From Laetmonice hystrix (Eukaryota): a stretch of 64,000 nt of DNA. Positions within the stretch are counted from its first letter, which is position 1, and each line of letters begins with the position of its first letter. Location: NCBI GenBank assembly GCA_965235115.1, contig OZ249451.1:18662001-18726000 (forward strand). Direction: 5' to 3'. The notes below the pieces were generated by a model, which had not been told where the DNA came from, ran no database searches, and saw only the letters and a list, made by a program, of their open reading frames with translations. The position numbers were made by a program, and so were the translations under genes. Of this stretch, positions 23,901-38,434 are shown piece by piece.

Positions 23901-24786
23901 TTAGAAATGTAATAATCTCTCATATAAAACGCTGAATGTCTTAATATCATCTGGAACACGGTAAATAACTGAAGTTTATTCCATTAGACAGGCGTTAGCA
24001 TGTGCACAAGAAACCTCAAACAAACTGGGCATTCCAAGAAAGGTTGGTTGTTCTTGTCAAACAAGATCGTCACGAAATCAACAGGTTTTACACGCGTGTC
24101 TTCATCACGCACGCGCTGGATCAGACAGCTGTGTGCAGTTAGAAAATTCTCTATTTTTATCTGGCGTTCCGCGAAAAAAACAGTCCGTTAAGGAGTTTTC
24201 TCTTGCCCGGAAATTGTTCCATTTCACTCAGAGGGACGGAAACCGTCTGCTGCTCCATCACTGCGCAGACGTTTTTCAGGAACCGCGCTCTCCGTCTTGC
24301 CGTAGCAGTTGAACTGCCCAAGGACAGATTAATATTTCACTGAGAACCGCAGGTAATTTTGACACAGCCACTTTGATGGGGTCCCCCGAGGTTATCAACG
24401 ACGAGCAGCTGTAGTCACGTGACATCTGACGTCATGACGCCGCGTCCCATGTACAGCGCGGCGTACGTCGTCCATCACTCACGGCCAGAACAACCATTGC
24501 CATTCTCCGGGAGGGGGCGACACGGTATGCCGGCCTATCGTCATGACAACGGCGGGCCATCCATCACGCCCACCAGTAACTGTTTCCCTGTCCCGTCAGT
24601 CGTCACAGTCCCAGGTCGACGTACGTGTCGGCAACTCTGGCCAGTCTTAAGTCAGCATGCAACAATCTCTCTAAGTCCCTCCACCCCTCACAGCTTTAGT
24701 CTTAGTTCTTTCAGTGGCAAGGTAAAAATAGATTTGACACAACAGCAGATTTGGCCAGTTGGTGATGTCTCCCGATTTGGTAATCT

Positions 24787-24942
24787 CAGGGCCGTAGCCT
24801 GCCGGGGGGGCACAGCTGCCCCCTTGTGATTTCTAGTTTTTAAAACTGGAATCTCAACTTTAATAGTGTTATTGGCACATGGCACTTGCTCAGGAGGCAC
24901 CCCCCCCCCCCCCCCGCGTATTTAGGCCAGACTCCGGCCGTG
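24787..24942. mobile_element. Degenerate MITE related to 10863-11101, 5-bp TSD
   Basis: AATCT|CAGGGCCGTAGC ... CTCCGGCCGTG|AATCT. Shares the G-run plus CAGCTGCCCC subterminal motif. Confidence 0.7.
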
Positions 24943-27900
24943 AATCTTTATCAATTGTAATTATTATTATTACAGAATCTGCAGAGCGCTCCGCCTCTTG
25001 CTCTCGTGGCGTTGTTGCACAACCATTTGACATCCAACCTATTGTTTCAAAGCCTCGGGTTCGACATGCGATGTGCGTGCTTGTAGGCAGGTGTACAGTT
25101 ACCGGGAATGTAAACCGACTTTTGTCAAGAGAGGACAATGTGAGTAACAGTTGCTCAAAGCTTCCTTGCTTCCCTGTTTTCTCCCTCCCTATATTCTGGA
25201 ATTCGATTTCGGAGGTCATTCCAGCCTGACCCCTGGCGTATATATGATGAAAGATGACCTTGACGTTAAACTGACCCCATCTGGTTTGGGCAGCGGAGCT
25301 CTGGGCCCTTATAATCCCACCCGGGAGTAGTAAAGGCAGCCAGTGGGGCTGGCGTACATCGATGGAGTCAGCTGCAGCCGTTACAGCAGGTGTCACATGG
25401 CTAATTAGGACTTTGGTTTACGACCAATCGGTCATCCGCCTGGCACTGCCATGCTTAGAGCCAGGATCCACTGAAATACGAGAGGTGGCAGTTTACTGGC
25501 CACTCTGAATTTAAATGATCTATGTAATCTACTTTAGAACTTGGAGGTGGAGAACAAGTAAATACTGGCTGGTACTTCCACCATTTACGGCTATGACGCA
25601 CATGGCCCTGGGTACGAGTCAAGCAAGACTTGAACTGAAAGGCGTATTGCAACGAAAAGAGTACAATAAGTGTATTTCTTTTTTAAGTTTCTTGCAATGT
25701 CCTGCATTTCTAAGTTGGCACCCAATCCTGGTATTTGCAGTGGCAGAAGGAGCCTTTATCATCCTTGCCTCAAATGTCTCAAGGAAATTGGAAAAGGAAA
25801 TTGCAGCGTAAATCATGGTTTTAAATCACAATATCACAGGAAGATCACTAGCACACTCTGAGGGATAACCACCTTTGTCCCATCGCCAGTGGAACTTATA
25901 AGCGTCAGAGCAGAGCGCCAGCGAAACTTATAAGCGTCAGAGCAGAGCACCAGCGTCCTCTTTATGCCTCACCTCTCAGCCTTTGTCCTCACTACACAAA
26001 GATATTCCTAATCGGCTTTTTTTTCTTACAGCGGCCATGAGGCCCTCTTAAGTTCTAAGCCTCTTGGTTGGATGACATGCAAGCGATGTAAAGTTGTCCT
26101 TGAGATTTGCGCCCTGAAAGGTCGGGGGGCATTGACAGCATGCCTGCCATGGCAACAACGTGGTATGTCCATGACAGGTGAGACTTCATACAGGACCGAC
26201 AAAAATGAATTACGTATTATCTTCACCCTTTCTGTACTTTTTACCGTTACAAGCTGAGCTATCTTCCATCTATCCGATTTCGTGCAGGAATTAGTAGCAT
26301 TGGAACTTAACTCATGTTGGTCGATTCACTTCCATTTGGTTTCCCAGATTTCTTTCAAATTTTCGCACGGGAATAGGAAGTACAACCCTTGCCAGTCTGT
26401 TAATTGGTGTGACATGGTGATACGGTAACCTAAGTAACCTGATCTTTGATCAGGGGAGCGGTGGTTGCCTTGACCACTTGATGACCTTTCCAGTGACCTT
26501 CATACACTCTGATAATGACCTACCGTGAGACCTTACTGAGACTTGATCCTTCCCGGGGAGGTCTCCACCAATGTCAGACCTTCATTGGCTTCAGGTATCT
26601 ATCGCCATGGCAACGATCAGGTAAAACGGAGGGCGGTCGGAGGTTCCCACCAATGTCATGGTAACGGGCTACCTGACATAGAGACACCCACCAATCTGAT
26701 TACAATTCCATCCAACCTCCCCTGATCAGATCTGGAGCCTGAAAACACGGTCCGACCTTCGGTACAAGTTACTAAAAGCAGACATTGTCTGTAATCTGCC
26801 TCCTGGTGTCGTCCTCAACAAACTTGGAGACATTCGACTTCAGTGTTGGTCGGTAGGAGCCCCAGCTTCCAGTCAGTCATGTCTGCTTCAGATATTACGT
26901 TCTGAGACACATACATAAAACCTAGGTAGACCAATAATCAGACTGTCTGGACTTCATAACTCAGCGCTTACAGACATCAGTGGTATCATCAACATAAACC
27001 GAGCAACCGCGTGACACAGACAGATTCCACAGATCTACCATCAGAATGATCGTAGCATGTGGTTGGTATTATCGTGGCCGTGTGCCATACGACCACCATC
27101 CAGCACCAACAACCATTTGTAAGATAAGCAGGCAATGTCCTAACAGCACCCATCCACCTGCTCCGTATAGGTTCTTCTTAAGAGACAGAGACACTTTATG
27201 GGTGATAATCACACTATTCTATTGATCAGGTCGCCCCCACTGGTCCAGCATGGCCCTGAGGTCGGCCCAACCACAAGGGCCCTCAGTGGCCACCCTGACC
27301 GATACAGGGCTGCGTGACCAGAGGGCCTGGTGGCCACGTGGTCAAACGGCCTGCTACTGTTGTCTATTGACCGGTGTCGGGTCAATAACCCCCCAAAAAA
27401 ACGAGAATCGTGGGGTGGGGATGCAGGCAGACAGGAGGGCAGCCGGTTGGTACCCATACTCACACACAATGGATACATGCTGTGTCCTGAGCCGAGTAGG
27501 GTATATATACTGTTTAACGTACCATCTCCTAACGCCAACCCCTCTTTAACTATACGTGTAACGCCCCCGTCCCCAAACAAAAAACAAACAATAGGTAATG
27601 TCAAGTTCATTGGTTGATTCCCTGACGACCATCTCGATTCAATCTATTAACAACATTAAACACAACGCTTGCCACAGCTCCTATCCGCCCCTGTCATAGA
27701 CACGAGTACATGTGAGGGTAAAACGGAGGTCAGTACGCGTGTTAATATCGTACCATCCCGAAACTGTACGCAGTTTAATCAGTCTCTGTTCACTCGGTGA
27801 GCCTCACGTCTGTTAGGTTGCCCATGTTTTCAGCACTAGGGCCCCAGGCGGTACAATGGTTCGACTTAAACAAAAGTATATAATAAACAAATGCTGCACG

Positions 27901-28790
27901 TTGTCAGTATTGAGATACTACAACGCAAATAATGATGCAGACATCAGCTTCTACTGAAAATACGAGGGAATGACACAAAATAGGGCGGACTTATAAAGCT
28001 ATTCCGAGAAGCTATACCGAATAAAGTTAGTGGTAGATCAGAGACATTGTTACATTAAAACAAATGTTCTCAAGTTATCTATACCTGACAACCCCTGGTT
28101 TGTGATTACCCGATCATAAACATGACTTCTATCACTGGCCATGGAGTGTGACTATCTCAAATTGTTGGATTCTATTCTTTGGATGTGAACGCGTGTGATC
28201 CAAATATAGAAAACCATTTTTCCTCAATTTCCGCTACACTGACAAGGGCAACAGGCCATAAATGGCAAGAGCGAGAAAATGGAAATAATTGTTCATGGTC
28301 CCTGCCAGAAATAAAAACCGATGTACATCCATCTCCCCCTGACTTGGTCATGCCTAAAGTAGCAGACGGATTAAAGCAGTAAAAAAAAGGTGTCTATTAC
28401 GGAGGGTGTCAATGGTTTGATCGCTCAACTAGAAATCCTGACAGAGGCAGATGACAATACCACAAGTATTATATTGCATGGTATTTCACAGCAAACTTTC
28501 CTTCATCAGCGCGTCACCGATTCATTACCAACCAGGAGCACCCGGCCATGTCCATGTGGGATTCAAAAGTTAACTTTGATAATCAAAACTTGAAAACATT
28601 ATCACAATGATATCAAAATAATTTACTTGACTCATTATTATTATTCACTGGTTACAACACAAAGATATTCCGATTTTTAGTCTCCATAAAATAATCTTTC
28701 TACCTTCCTTTTTATTTTTACTTTCCAGACACACATACAATGACCTTCCTTTCTATTTTTACTTTCCAGACACACATACAGTGAGCAAGT

Positions 28791-29040
28791 GTTTCTAGCT
28801 GATATCTCTAAGATAAGATGGTAAGATAAGATAAGATACTGCTCCGCTCTGTTTCTAGCTGAACTAGTGTTGATATCTCTAAGATAAGATACTGTTTCTA
28901 GCTGAACTATTGTTGATATCTCTAAGATAAGATGCTGCTCCGCTGTGTTTCTAGCTGAACTAGTGTTGATATCTCTAAGATAAGATACTGCTCCGCTGTG
29001 TTTCTAGCTGAACTAGTGTTGATATCTCTAAGATAAAGAT
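28791..29040. repeat. 53-bp minisatellite (~5 copies, some deleted)
   Basis: GTTTCTAGCTGAACTAGTGTTGATATCTCTAAGATAAGATACTGCTCCGCTGT; period 53 (28947 to 29000). Confidence 0.9.
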
Positions 29041-31754
29041 ACCGGTCCGCCGTGTTTCATCCGTAACACGGCCCAGGAACCCCTCATGTGAACACCTCCA
29101 TCTGCTCTGACGTAAACTCCCCTCTACATGAGCGCCGCTCCAACTCCTGCCGCCATTCAAACATACATCGCTCCTTCCATAACATGGCTGCCACATGTAA
29201 CATTGAAAACTGCTTCTCACCAAATACAATCGTCGCATTGTGAATCCACCGAGAGCTTACAATGCTTCTCTCAGCCTGCTCTCAGCGACTTCCACAGAAT
29301 TGATTTCACATTTCCAGATAAATTAAACACATCAGCTTTCAAATCTGAGAGAAATATTATTAAACTTAAAAAAAGACTCACATTTCAGTACGAAGTTTGA
29401 GACCTAGAGTGAATAGGACTTTGGAACCGAGTACAGCCACACACAGTGACATGTGCACATGAATCAAAGGTTAAATAAAACAGGATATATAGGTGCACGT
29501 ACTTTGAGAATCACAAACTGGTTCTGTCCAACCTGAACGATATCATTTGAACTTATTTAACAAGGAACTGGCCTGATACCTGGCGAATGACTGAATAATA
29601 ACGGAAACTTTTGAGTGGCAACTTGGGACTCTTTTGCCTCGCGAATTACGGTGGCTCGTCGAAAGTCGACCTGTTTACAACCCGACGGTTACGTCATCAC
29701 TTCTTATCTTGTGCATTCTCACGCTCTCGCCCCACTCGGAAGGAGGGGAGGGGAGGATTCCCCAACAGGTGCTTGTAATGTAAACAGACATGGAACATGC
29801 CACGCACAGGGCTTGCTGAGATCCTTCTACTAGGCAGGTGAGGCTTTGGATGTTTGGTCATGTACATGGATAATTTCCGATTTGAACATGGCATCAGGGT
29901 GAACAATTTAGTCAGTACTTATACTATAGGCCTAGTATTAGGAAGGGTCGTGATATTGTCGGTTAGGCAAAAAAAATAGTTTCGTTTCTTGTCCCCGCGC
30001 GCGTCACCTAAAATCCCCCGAGTCGTCTTTTTTTAAATCTGACTGCTTCATGGTGGGCACTGTAGCGCTGTGACAGAACGTTTCAACGTTTCTGTTAGAT
30101 TTCTTCATGTACCCAACAGCAATTGCATTCGAAGAATCGGCCATTGTCTGGTTGCATAAAAAAAGAAAGAAGAAAAATTGCATCACCGCACCAACTTTTT
30201 TATATGAAAGAACAAGAAACGAAAATCTTTTTTGGGGGGCCTTACGGCTATGAAAAGTATCAGCTGAGAACCTCAACTGACAGACTGGCTCCATCACTAA
30301 TCCTCCCGCCTACCTTTCCAAACAGCAGCTCCAAATGTCCGGGGATAATTGAACGAGCTGGACATGGAACCAATTCAAGTTTTACCTGTCGGTTTCCCCG
30401 AGAGACGAGCCTCAGGAGGTTTTAATACTCCCCCTGTAATGACCTTCTTAAGTCGCCCTGGCGATACCTCGGGGCAGACCGTGAAGGCCTCGCCCCCACG
30501 ACTTCTCCTCCCCCTCAACCGGAAACGTCCTCCAGAGGGCGCCACGGTATACGTGGTCCGGACCAATCCGTTTATTGTGACGTTAGTCCAAAACAGCGAC
30601 AACTGCAGAGGGCAGACAAAAATAATATGTTCTATTCTCACACTTGCCCGCCAGGGCAGACGTCTGGAATGTAATAAAATGCGAGCCCTTGAACAATTTA
30701 AAGCTTGAATCTCAATTCGGAAGGTCATGCTAGTCTTATAACAAAAATTAAGTGTACTCAAAACTTTTGAAACTGTCTAGGATTTCGCCGCGCGTTTTAC
30801 CACAAGGTCAGCTGCCTGGAAAACAGTAAGTCCATTATTCGTACGGTTTGCGGAGGTGCTAATCTAATGTTCCAGACATACTAAAAGAGAAAAAACAGGT
30901 CGGCCTGGCGACATTACACCTCTTCTTCTTCTCCAAATGTATCCTTGACACGACAACACTTAAACTTGCAGGAATGTCAGGCTGAGCAATGTGTGAACAT
31001 TCTGGGCGTGTCAAGTGTTTGTCAGTTCCGGGAGAAAAACTCCTGTGATGACACTCTGTTGATGGTCCATCTCTGACGTGATCAGTGTGACTTAATCCCT
31101 TTAAATCTCTCTATCCGCTGAGCAGCAAACGTGGCCAGGATAATCCATGGATTAAGGCAATCCAAGCTCATGCCCAGCAGTGTTCTGTCCTTTGACAGAA
31201 TTCTGAAGTCATGACATCCAAATCTCTCTGTAACCATAGTAACGGAAACATACACTTGAGGAGATATGTGTAGCGTTTTAAGTCTACTTTCTTGCACAGA
31301 AAGCAAGTAATTTAATCATGAACACTATATTGTATATGATCCTTTAGGATTATTTTTTCATTGCACAGCCTTCAACTACAGGACAACATGGCGGTGCAGT
31401 ATTAATTCTCCCATCTTTAACCATTTAATCTGATACGAGATCAAATCAACGCGGCACAATATCGTCGTCCTCACCCGGCCGTCAGATGTTTTCAGGGAGG
31501 AGCTGCGACTGTAGCACGTCTGAGATCAATAAACTCGGACCCCACCACCGCCGCCACCGCACACCACCCTTACTGACATTACCTACTATATTCACATATT
31601 GTCTCCTTCCCTGACCTCTGAGGTCACTACCATCGGTTCATACTGTCCATTCTCTGGCTATCAATGTAAGATTGGTAACCAAGATCATTGTCCCAGTACT
31701 AATCAGTGAATAGTCCCAGTCACTATAGCGTGTCTAGATGGGGTACAGTAACAC

Positions 31755-31875
31755 AAGCGTAGATCAGTTGGCGAAGAATGCGCCCATTCCAAGAGGTCCG
31801 ATCTGTCGGAAATTTTGCCAATTACATTCTGCAGGTCGCTCGTTTTTTCGGGTACTCCGGTTTAGTCCAACCGGC
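31755..31875 (+). mobile_element. tRNA-derived SINE fragment (V/Meta-SINE-like core)
   Basis: A-box-like GTAGATCAGTTGG followed ~70 bp later by CTGCAGGTCGCTCGTTTTTTCGGGTACTCCGGTTT, resembling from memory the GGTTTTCTCCGGGTACTCCGGTTTCCTCC core of aquatic-animal SINEs. Confidence 0.5.
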
Positions 31876-33229
31876 CGCCCCGATCTGACCCTGGCTGGGA
31901 TTGAGGCGGGAAGTACACGCATAGACACGACTTCCTGCGTGGTGTCGATCTATACAACTCCTTTCGACCGGACCCCATCAAGTCGACAGAACAGCCTACC
32001 ACCAGCAAGACCCCGTCAGGAAGATGAAAGCGTGCCGTCTCACAGCGAGCCAGAGGACCAGCAGAGAAAACTGCTTCACAATACATCACCTCTTTCTTCC
32101 TTAATGAAACCTGGCCACCACCCCGCACCAGATGTGGCTTCTTACGAGTGGAAATCATCCATCAGAGCGTGAAAGGTTTTTACAAGTAAATGACAGCGAA
32201 GATTGGTGGCCAGAATGAAACTGGCCATGCGGCAATCACCCCCACCCCTTTCCCCTTTACGAACCCCCACAGCAGGGAATTTTGAGACACCCCCTCCACG
32301 TTCGTTCTCACCGCTCGCCCCTCTTGTAAACCTACCCATGACGATGTGGTACGGACCTTGATACGTCGACATTAGATTATAACAAAGCCTTTGACCGAAA
32401 CCTGCTTTTCTTGATGTCCATCGAGCAGTTTCTTAAGTCTCTCCCGCCTACCTGAAAACGGAAGCCATTATCAATTACCGCGCCCCGTTCTCGCCAAGGG
32501 ATCGTCATACGTAGCTCTGTCCATCTCATTTGCAGTTGCCATGGAAACCTGGGCATCGCAACGAGGGTGAGCACTTAACTTGAGAGAAACACACCTAGCA
32601 ATCTGGAGTGTCAGTAAGGAATGGAGACCGGCCAGGATTTGAGAGACCGTTCCGCCGGCCGTTCAAAGGAGGGTTGATAGTGGTGTGTGGATTGGTGGCG
32701 CGGTACCTCAGATTGGGTCAGGCACCGCGGTACCTTGTCCCAACAATGCCTGATACGGGCGACGTACAAAGTGCAAAATAATTGGGGATTAAAGGGCCAC
32801 ACTGACTGCCCTTCCGCGACACGCACCTCAGGTCAAGCTGGCCGACATCGTGACAGGCTTGGGGTACCATGTCCTGGTAGTTTTCTTACTCAACGCCTGC
32901 AAACAGAGAAACAGTCTAACCAGATCTGCGCGGGAACTACTCCCGGAGACATATGCCCTCCTGATTAAAGTTCATCCCAGCCAGTTTGCACTTTGACTGT
33001 GGCGTGCGCTGCACCTAATATGGGAGCCTTTCATGTGAGATTTCTCTTGGAAGCTAATCTTGGCATGAGAAGTCCGACATTTGAGCTGCTTCCAAGTCTA
33101 CCGCTAATGACTCTGGCAAGGTCTAAGGGCAGGGTCACCTGGCAGTGGCCGCACCGTCCTGCACCCGGCGGGAACAAGTACCCCAGCCGACCGACATGCC
33201 TCACCCTGTCAACAAACCTTGGGCGGCAT

Positions 33230-33373
33230 CTATATGAAATCAGCGCTCAGCGTGCCCTCCGACACCACCTCCAGCTCGCGGTAGACCCTGTCTCTGTACG
33301 GCACAGACGGCACCCAGTTCGAGACACATCGCTTCTTGCAGGCTGGACTGAAGCGGAAAAGCCACTGGCATTG
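33230..33373 (-). CDS. Possible terminal coding exon of an unidentified gene (QCQWLFRFSPACKKRCVSNWVPSVPYRDRVYRELEVVSEGTLSADFI*)
   Basis: CCTTTTGTAG acceptor-like site, 47 codons rich in G/C third positions, TAG stop, and an open antisense frame as often seen for GC3-rich exons. No family recognised and no partner exons found. Confidence 0.35.
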   Translation of the reverse strand, partial: QCQWLFRFSPACKKRCVSNWVPSVPYRDRVYRELEVVSEGTLSADFI

Positions 33374-35360
33374 CTACAAAAGGTTTTGGTTGATCAGGAC
33401 GGTTCGGGCAGATTAATCGTCAGCCTTCCCAATAATGTCTTTCCCCGACAGAGCCTGACGTCGGGCTCCAGCCTCCATTCTGCCTGGCTAACTCCAGCTG
33501 TGAGCAGGCTCGCCACTAAAGATGCAGAAATCCGTTTTAACCAGAATCTAACTTAGAATATAATCTTTAAATGAGATATCTTATCTTAGTCATAGAGTGT
33601 TGCATTATACACCTATGGTAATTTCATCTTCAGCGCTGGACTGATTCATAGTCATAGACGGGAAGGTTTGTAAAGTACAAGCTGTTTACTACCATAGTGC
33701 TTAAACTTTCATGTCCATTATTAGTTTGCACTTGGCTCATCCCTCTTCAATGAACAAAAAAATGTAGAGAAAAAGTGGAGATAAAAGCTATTGAGACTAC
33801 CAACTAGGGGGTCATAGAGGGAGACAGACAGCGTCAGTGGGATTGGCCCTAGCATTGTGCGGCCATCAAGGCCGGTAATGGCCAACTGTGAAGGCGCCAG
33901 TCTCTCTGTCTTGTATTGTCTGTGACAAGCTAATAGAACCATACTTGTCGCCAGCAGGTCTTGCCGCAGCTCCACGCCTGGCACGACCCTTAGCTGTGTT
34001 GCTGGGATGCGCTCTGCTAGGTAAACATTCCCCATGAAAGCATTGTTGGTCTTACTGTATGGTGTACCTTTATAGCCATCGGGTTTGTGGTCATTCTGAA
34101 AATGGCCACTTAGCTGGATAAACACTGTCATTTATTTCATAGCCGGCGCTGGCAGCCCGTGGCCATGGCTGCGCCCGTCTTGACGACTCAAGTCCGCCAC
34201 AAAGACGCCCCCTGGTGGCCTCTGAGAGTGGAGCTTTCTCTGCTGTTACCAGAGGCATTGTAAGCCTCACAGACTTGGACCCTCTCAAGACAAATGGTGG
34301 GAGTAAGTATTTAAGTCACCTTCAGCTTTCAAAGACTTCACTAGTTAATAAAAAGTGATAATATAATATATGACCCAACCCCCAGCCATGGAGAACTAGA
34401 GCAGGCTGATTAGATAAAGAATTAGAAGACAGCGATGTTAAATAAACATAATTTTATGAAAAACGTATTTGAGTGGCGAATTTAAAATTCAAAAACCGTT
34501 AAAATGATGTTTCTGTGGTCAAGTGACAATGAAAACAGGAAGTTTCCTTCAAGCCACAAGATAGCGATAGTCTCTTCCCAGACCCATGTAACAGCTCACC
34601 CCACAAACACACCTTTCTCATTGTCCGCTCCAATTAGTCACTTATGAAAATAAATCCAGAGTAATTGCTTGCTGTCAACAACATTTGGTTAAAGTCGATC
34701 TAATTTCTTCGTTAATAAAGTCAGTTAGTGATTTGGGACTATGGCCAGGTAACGGACGACCCAGTGGATTGCGCCTTAGATGGTCGGTCTAAAATAGCTG
34801 GGGCTGGGCGGCCTGGCCGGACAGGTAGGTTTTGCTAGTGTAGTACTGTTAGTAATTAGTGGCGAGTGACGCCCGGAATATCCAGGACAGGCCTGGAGTT
34901 GGTGTGAACGGCTGATCAAAGTGTTTCACGAGTGTTTCCTGTCAACTGCTGCCAAAACGCGTGGCTCATTGCAGATGAGGCTAATGTCAACTAAGTGTCA
35001 GCATCAATTTGGTGCTTCAAAGTGGGGAATCAATCCTCCAAACTCCCCCTTCCCCCTGCCCCTCTCCATCGGAACGCCCCCTCCTCCTTCCCATCGACCC
35101 CCCCCCCCCTCCTTTCCCTCGGCACGCCCCCTCCCTCTTCCCATCAACCCCCCTCCTCCTCCAAAATTGCCAACATATTAGCGTCCACCATGTCTCCTCC
35201 TAAATGGTGCTGTCACTATCAGATAAAACATGTGTAAACACAGGCGACAGCGCAAGGCATTGCAACCATGCTCCCACAATCTCAACACAGCAGTGGGCGA
35301 TCTTTCCTCTCAGTATCAAAGCTTTTATCAATCCTCAAATATTATCTGCTACTTTATGAC

Positions 35361-38148
35361 CTAACAGTCATACAGCACTGATTGGTGACATCAAGAGCTC
35401 ACAGCGAGAGACACACTAACAGTCATACAGCGCTGATTGGTGACATCAAGAACTCAAAGTGAGAGACACACTAACAGTCATACAGCGCTGATTGGTGACA
35501 TCAAGAGCTCACAGCGAGAGACACACTAACAGTCATACAGCACTGATTGGTGACATCAAGAGCTCACAGCGAGAGACACACTAACAGTCATACAGCACTG
35601 ATTGGTGACATCAAGAGCTCACAGCGAGAGACACACTAACAGTCATACAGCACTGATTGGTGACATCAAGAGCTCAAAGTGAGAGACACACTAACAGTCA
35701 TACAGCACTGATTGGTGACATCAAGAGCTCACAGCGAGAGACACAGCACTGATCGGTGACATCAAGAGCTCAAAGCGAGAGACACACTAACAGTCATACA
35801 GCACTGATTGGTGACATCAAGAGCTCACAGCGAGAGACACACTAACAGTCATACAGCACTGATTGGTGACATCAAGAACTCACAGCGAGAGACACAGCGC
35901 TGATTGGTGACATCAAGAGCTCACAGCGAGAGACACACTAACAGTCATACAGCACTGATTGCTGACATCAAGAGCTCACAGCGAGAGACACACTAACAGT
36001 CATACAGCACTGATTGGTGACATCAAGAACTCACAGCGAGAGATACACTAACAGTCATACTGCACTGATTGGTGACATCAAGAACTCACAGCGAGAGACA
36101 CACTAACAGTCATACAGCACTGATTGGTGACATCAAGAACTCACAGCGAGAGACACACTAACAGTTATACAGCACTGATTGGTGACATCAAGAGCTCAAA
36201 GTGAGAGACACACTAACAGTCATACAGCACTGATTGGTGACATCAAGAGCTCACAGCGAGAGACACACTAACAGTCATACAGCACTGATTGGTGACATCA
36301 AGAGCTCACAGTGAGAGACACACTAACAGTCATACAGCACTGATTGGTGACATCAAGAGCTCAAAGCGAGAGACACACTAACAGTCATACAGCACTGATT
36401 GGTGACATCAAGAGCTCACAGCGAGAGACACACTAACAGTCATACAGCACTGATTGGTGACATCAAGAACTCACAGCGAGAGACACAGCGCTGATTGGTG
36501 ACATCAAGAGCTCACAGCGAGAGACACACTAACAGTCATACAGCACTGATTGCTGACATCAAGAGCTCACAGCGAGAGACACACTAACAGTCATACAGCA
36601 CTGATTGGTGACATCAAGAACTCACAGCGAGAGATACACTAACAGTCATACTGCACTGATTGGTGACATCAAGAACTCACAGCGAGAGACACACTAACAG
36701 TCATACAGCACTGATTGGTGACATCAAGAACTCACAGCGAGAGACACACTAACAGTTATACAGCACTGATTGGTGACATCAAGAGCTCAAAGTGAGACAC
36801 ACTAACAGTCATACAACACTGATTGGTGACATCAAGAGCTCAAAGTGAGAGACACACTAACAGTCATACAGCACTGATTGGTGACATCAAGAGCTCACAG
36901 CGAGAGACACACTAACAGTCATACAACACTGATTGGTGACATCAAGAGCTCAAAGTGAGAGACACACTAACAGTCATACAGCACTGATTGGTGACATCAA
37001 GAGCTCACAGCGAGAGACACACTAACAGTCATACAGCACTGATTGGTGACATCAAGAGCTCACAGCGAGAGACACACTAACAGTCATACAGCACTGATTG
37101 GTGACATCAAGAGCTCAAAGTGAGAGACACACTAACAGTCATACAGCGCTGATTGGTGACATCAAGAACTCAAAGCGAGAGACACACTAACAGTCATACA
37201 GCACTGATTGGTGACATCAAGAGCTCAAAGCGAGAGACACACTGACAGGCATACAGCTGATTGGTGACATCAAGAGCTCACAGCGAGAGACACACTAACA
37301 GTCATACAGCACTGATTGGTGACATCAAGAGCTCACAGCGAGAGACACACTAACAGTCATACAGCACTGATTGGTGACATCAAGAGCTCACAGCGAGAGA
37401 CACAGCGCTGATTGGTGACATCAAGAGCTCAAAGCGAGAGACACACTAACAGTCATACAGCGCTGATTGGTGACATCAAGAGCTCAAAGCGAGAGACACA
37501 CTAACAGTCATACAGCGCTGATTGGTGACATCAAGAGCTCAAAGAGAGAGACACACTAACAGTCATACAGCACTGATTGGTGACATCAAGAGCTCAAAGC
37601 GAGAGACACACTGACAGTCATACAGAACTGATTGCTGACATCAAGAGCTCACAGCGAGAGACACACTAACAGTCATACAGCACTGATTGGTGACATCAAG
37701 AGCTCAAAGCGAGAGACACACTAACAGTCATACAGCACTGATTGGTGACATTAAGAGCTCACAGCGAGAGACACACTAACAGTCATACAGCACTGATTGG
37801 TGACATCAAGAGCTCACAGCGAGAGACACACTAACAGTCATACAGCACTGATTGGTGACATCAAGAACTCACAGCGAGAGACACACTAACAGTCATACAG
37901 CACTGATTGGTGACATCAAGAGCTCACAGCGAGAGACACACTAACAGTCATACAGCACTGATTGGTGACATCAAGAGCTCAAAGCGAGAGACACACTGAC
38001 AGGCATACAGCTGATTGGTGACATCAAGAGCTCACAGTGAGAGACACACTAACAGTCATACAGCACTGATTGGTGACATCAAGAGCTCAAAGCGAGAGAC
38101 ACACTAACAGTCATACAGCACTGATTGGTGATTGGTGACATCAAGAGT
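35361..38148. repeat. 55-bp minisatellite (~50 copies, 2.8 kb)
   Basis: CTAACAGTCATACAGCACTGATTGGTGACATCAAGAGCTCACAGCGAGAGACACA, with occasional 41-bp deleted units. Confidence 0.98.
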
Positions 38149-38434
38149 TCCTCATTTCGTACCAGCCTCCGCGGAATAACCCAAGGTCTGTTTCAACCTC
38201 GCAAATATCGCTGTTCAATGTGATCCTTTCAAAAATTTTTGATATCGTCGGTTGCCCATCGCTTGGAAAATCGCTTATGTGTAAATGGCCCTTTAACCTT
38301 TCATACAGTATGGAAGAAACCGCTCAGAGAAGGGGTTGGGAATCATGATAGGGCATTAACATGATGACAGACCGGTGTGGCCGTTTGGTGGCCATATCTC
38401 GGTAAAATACTCTGACTGTTCATCGTCTGTCCCT

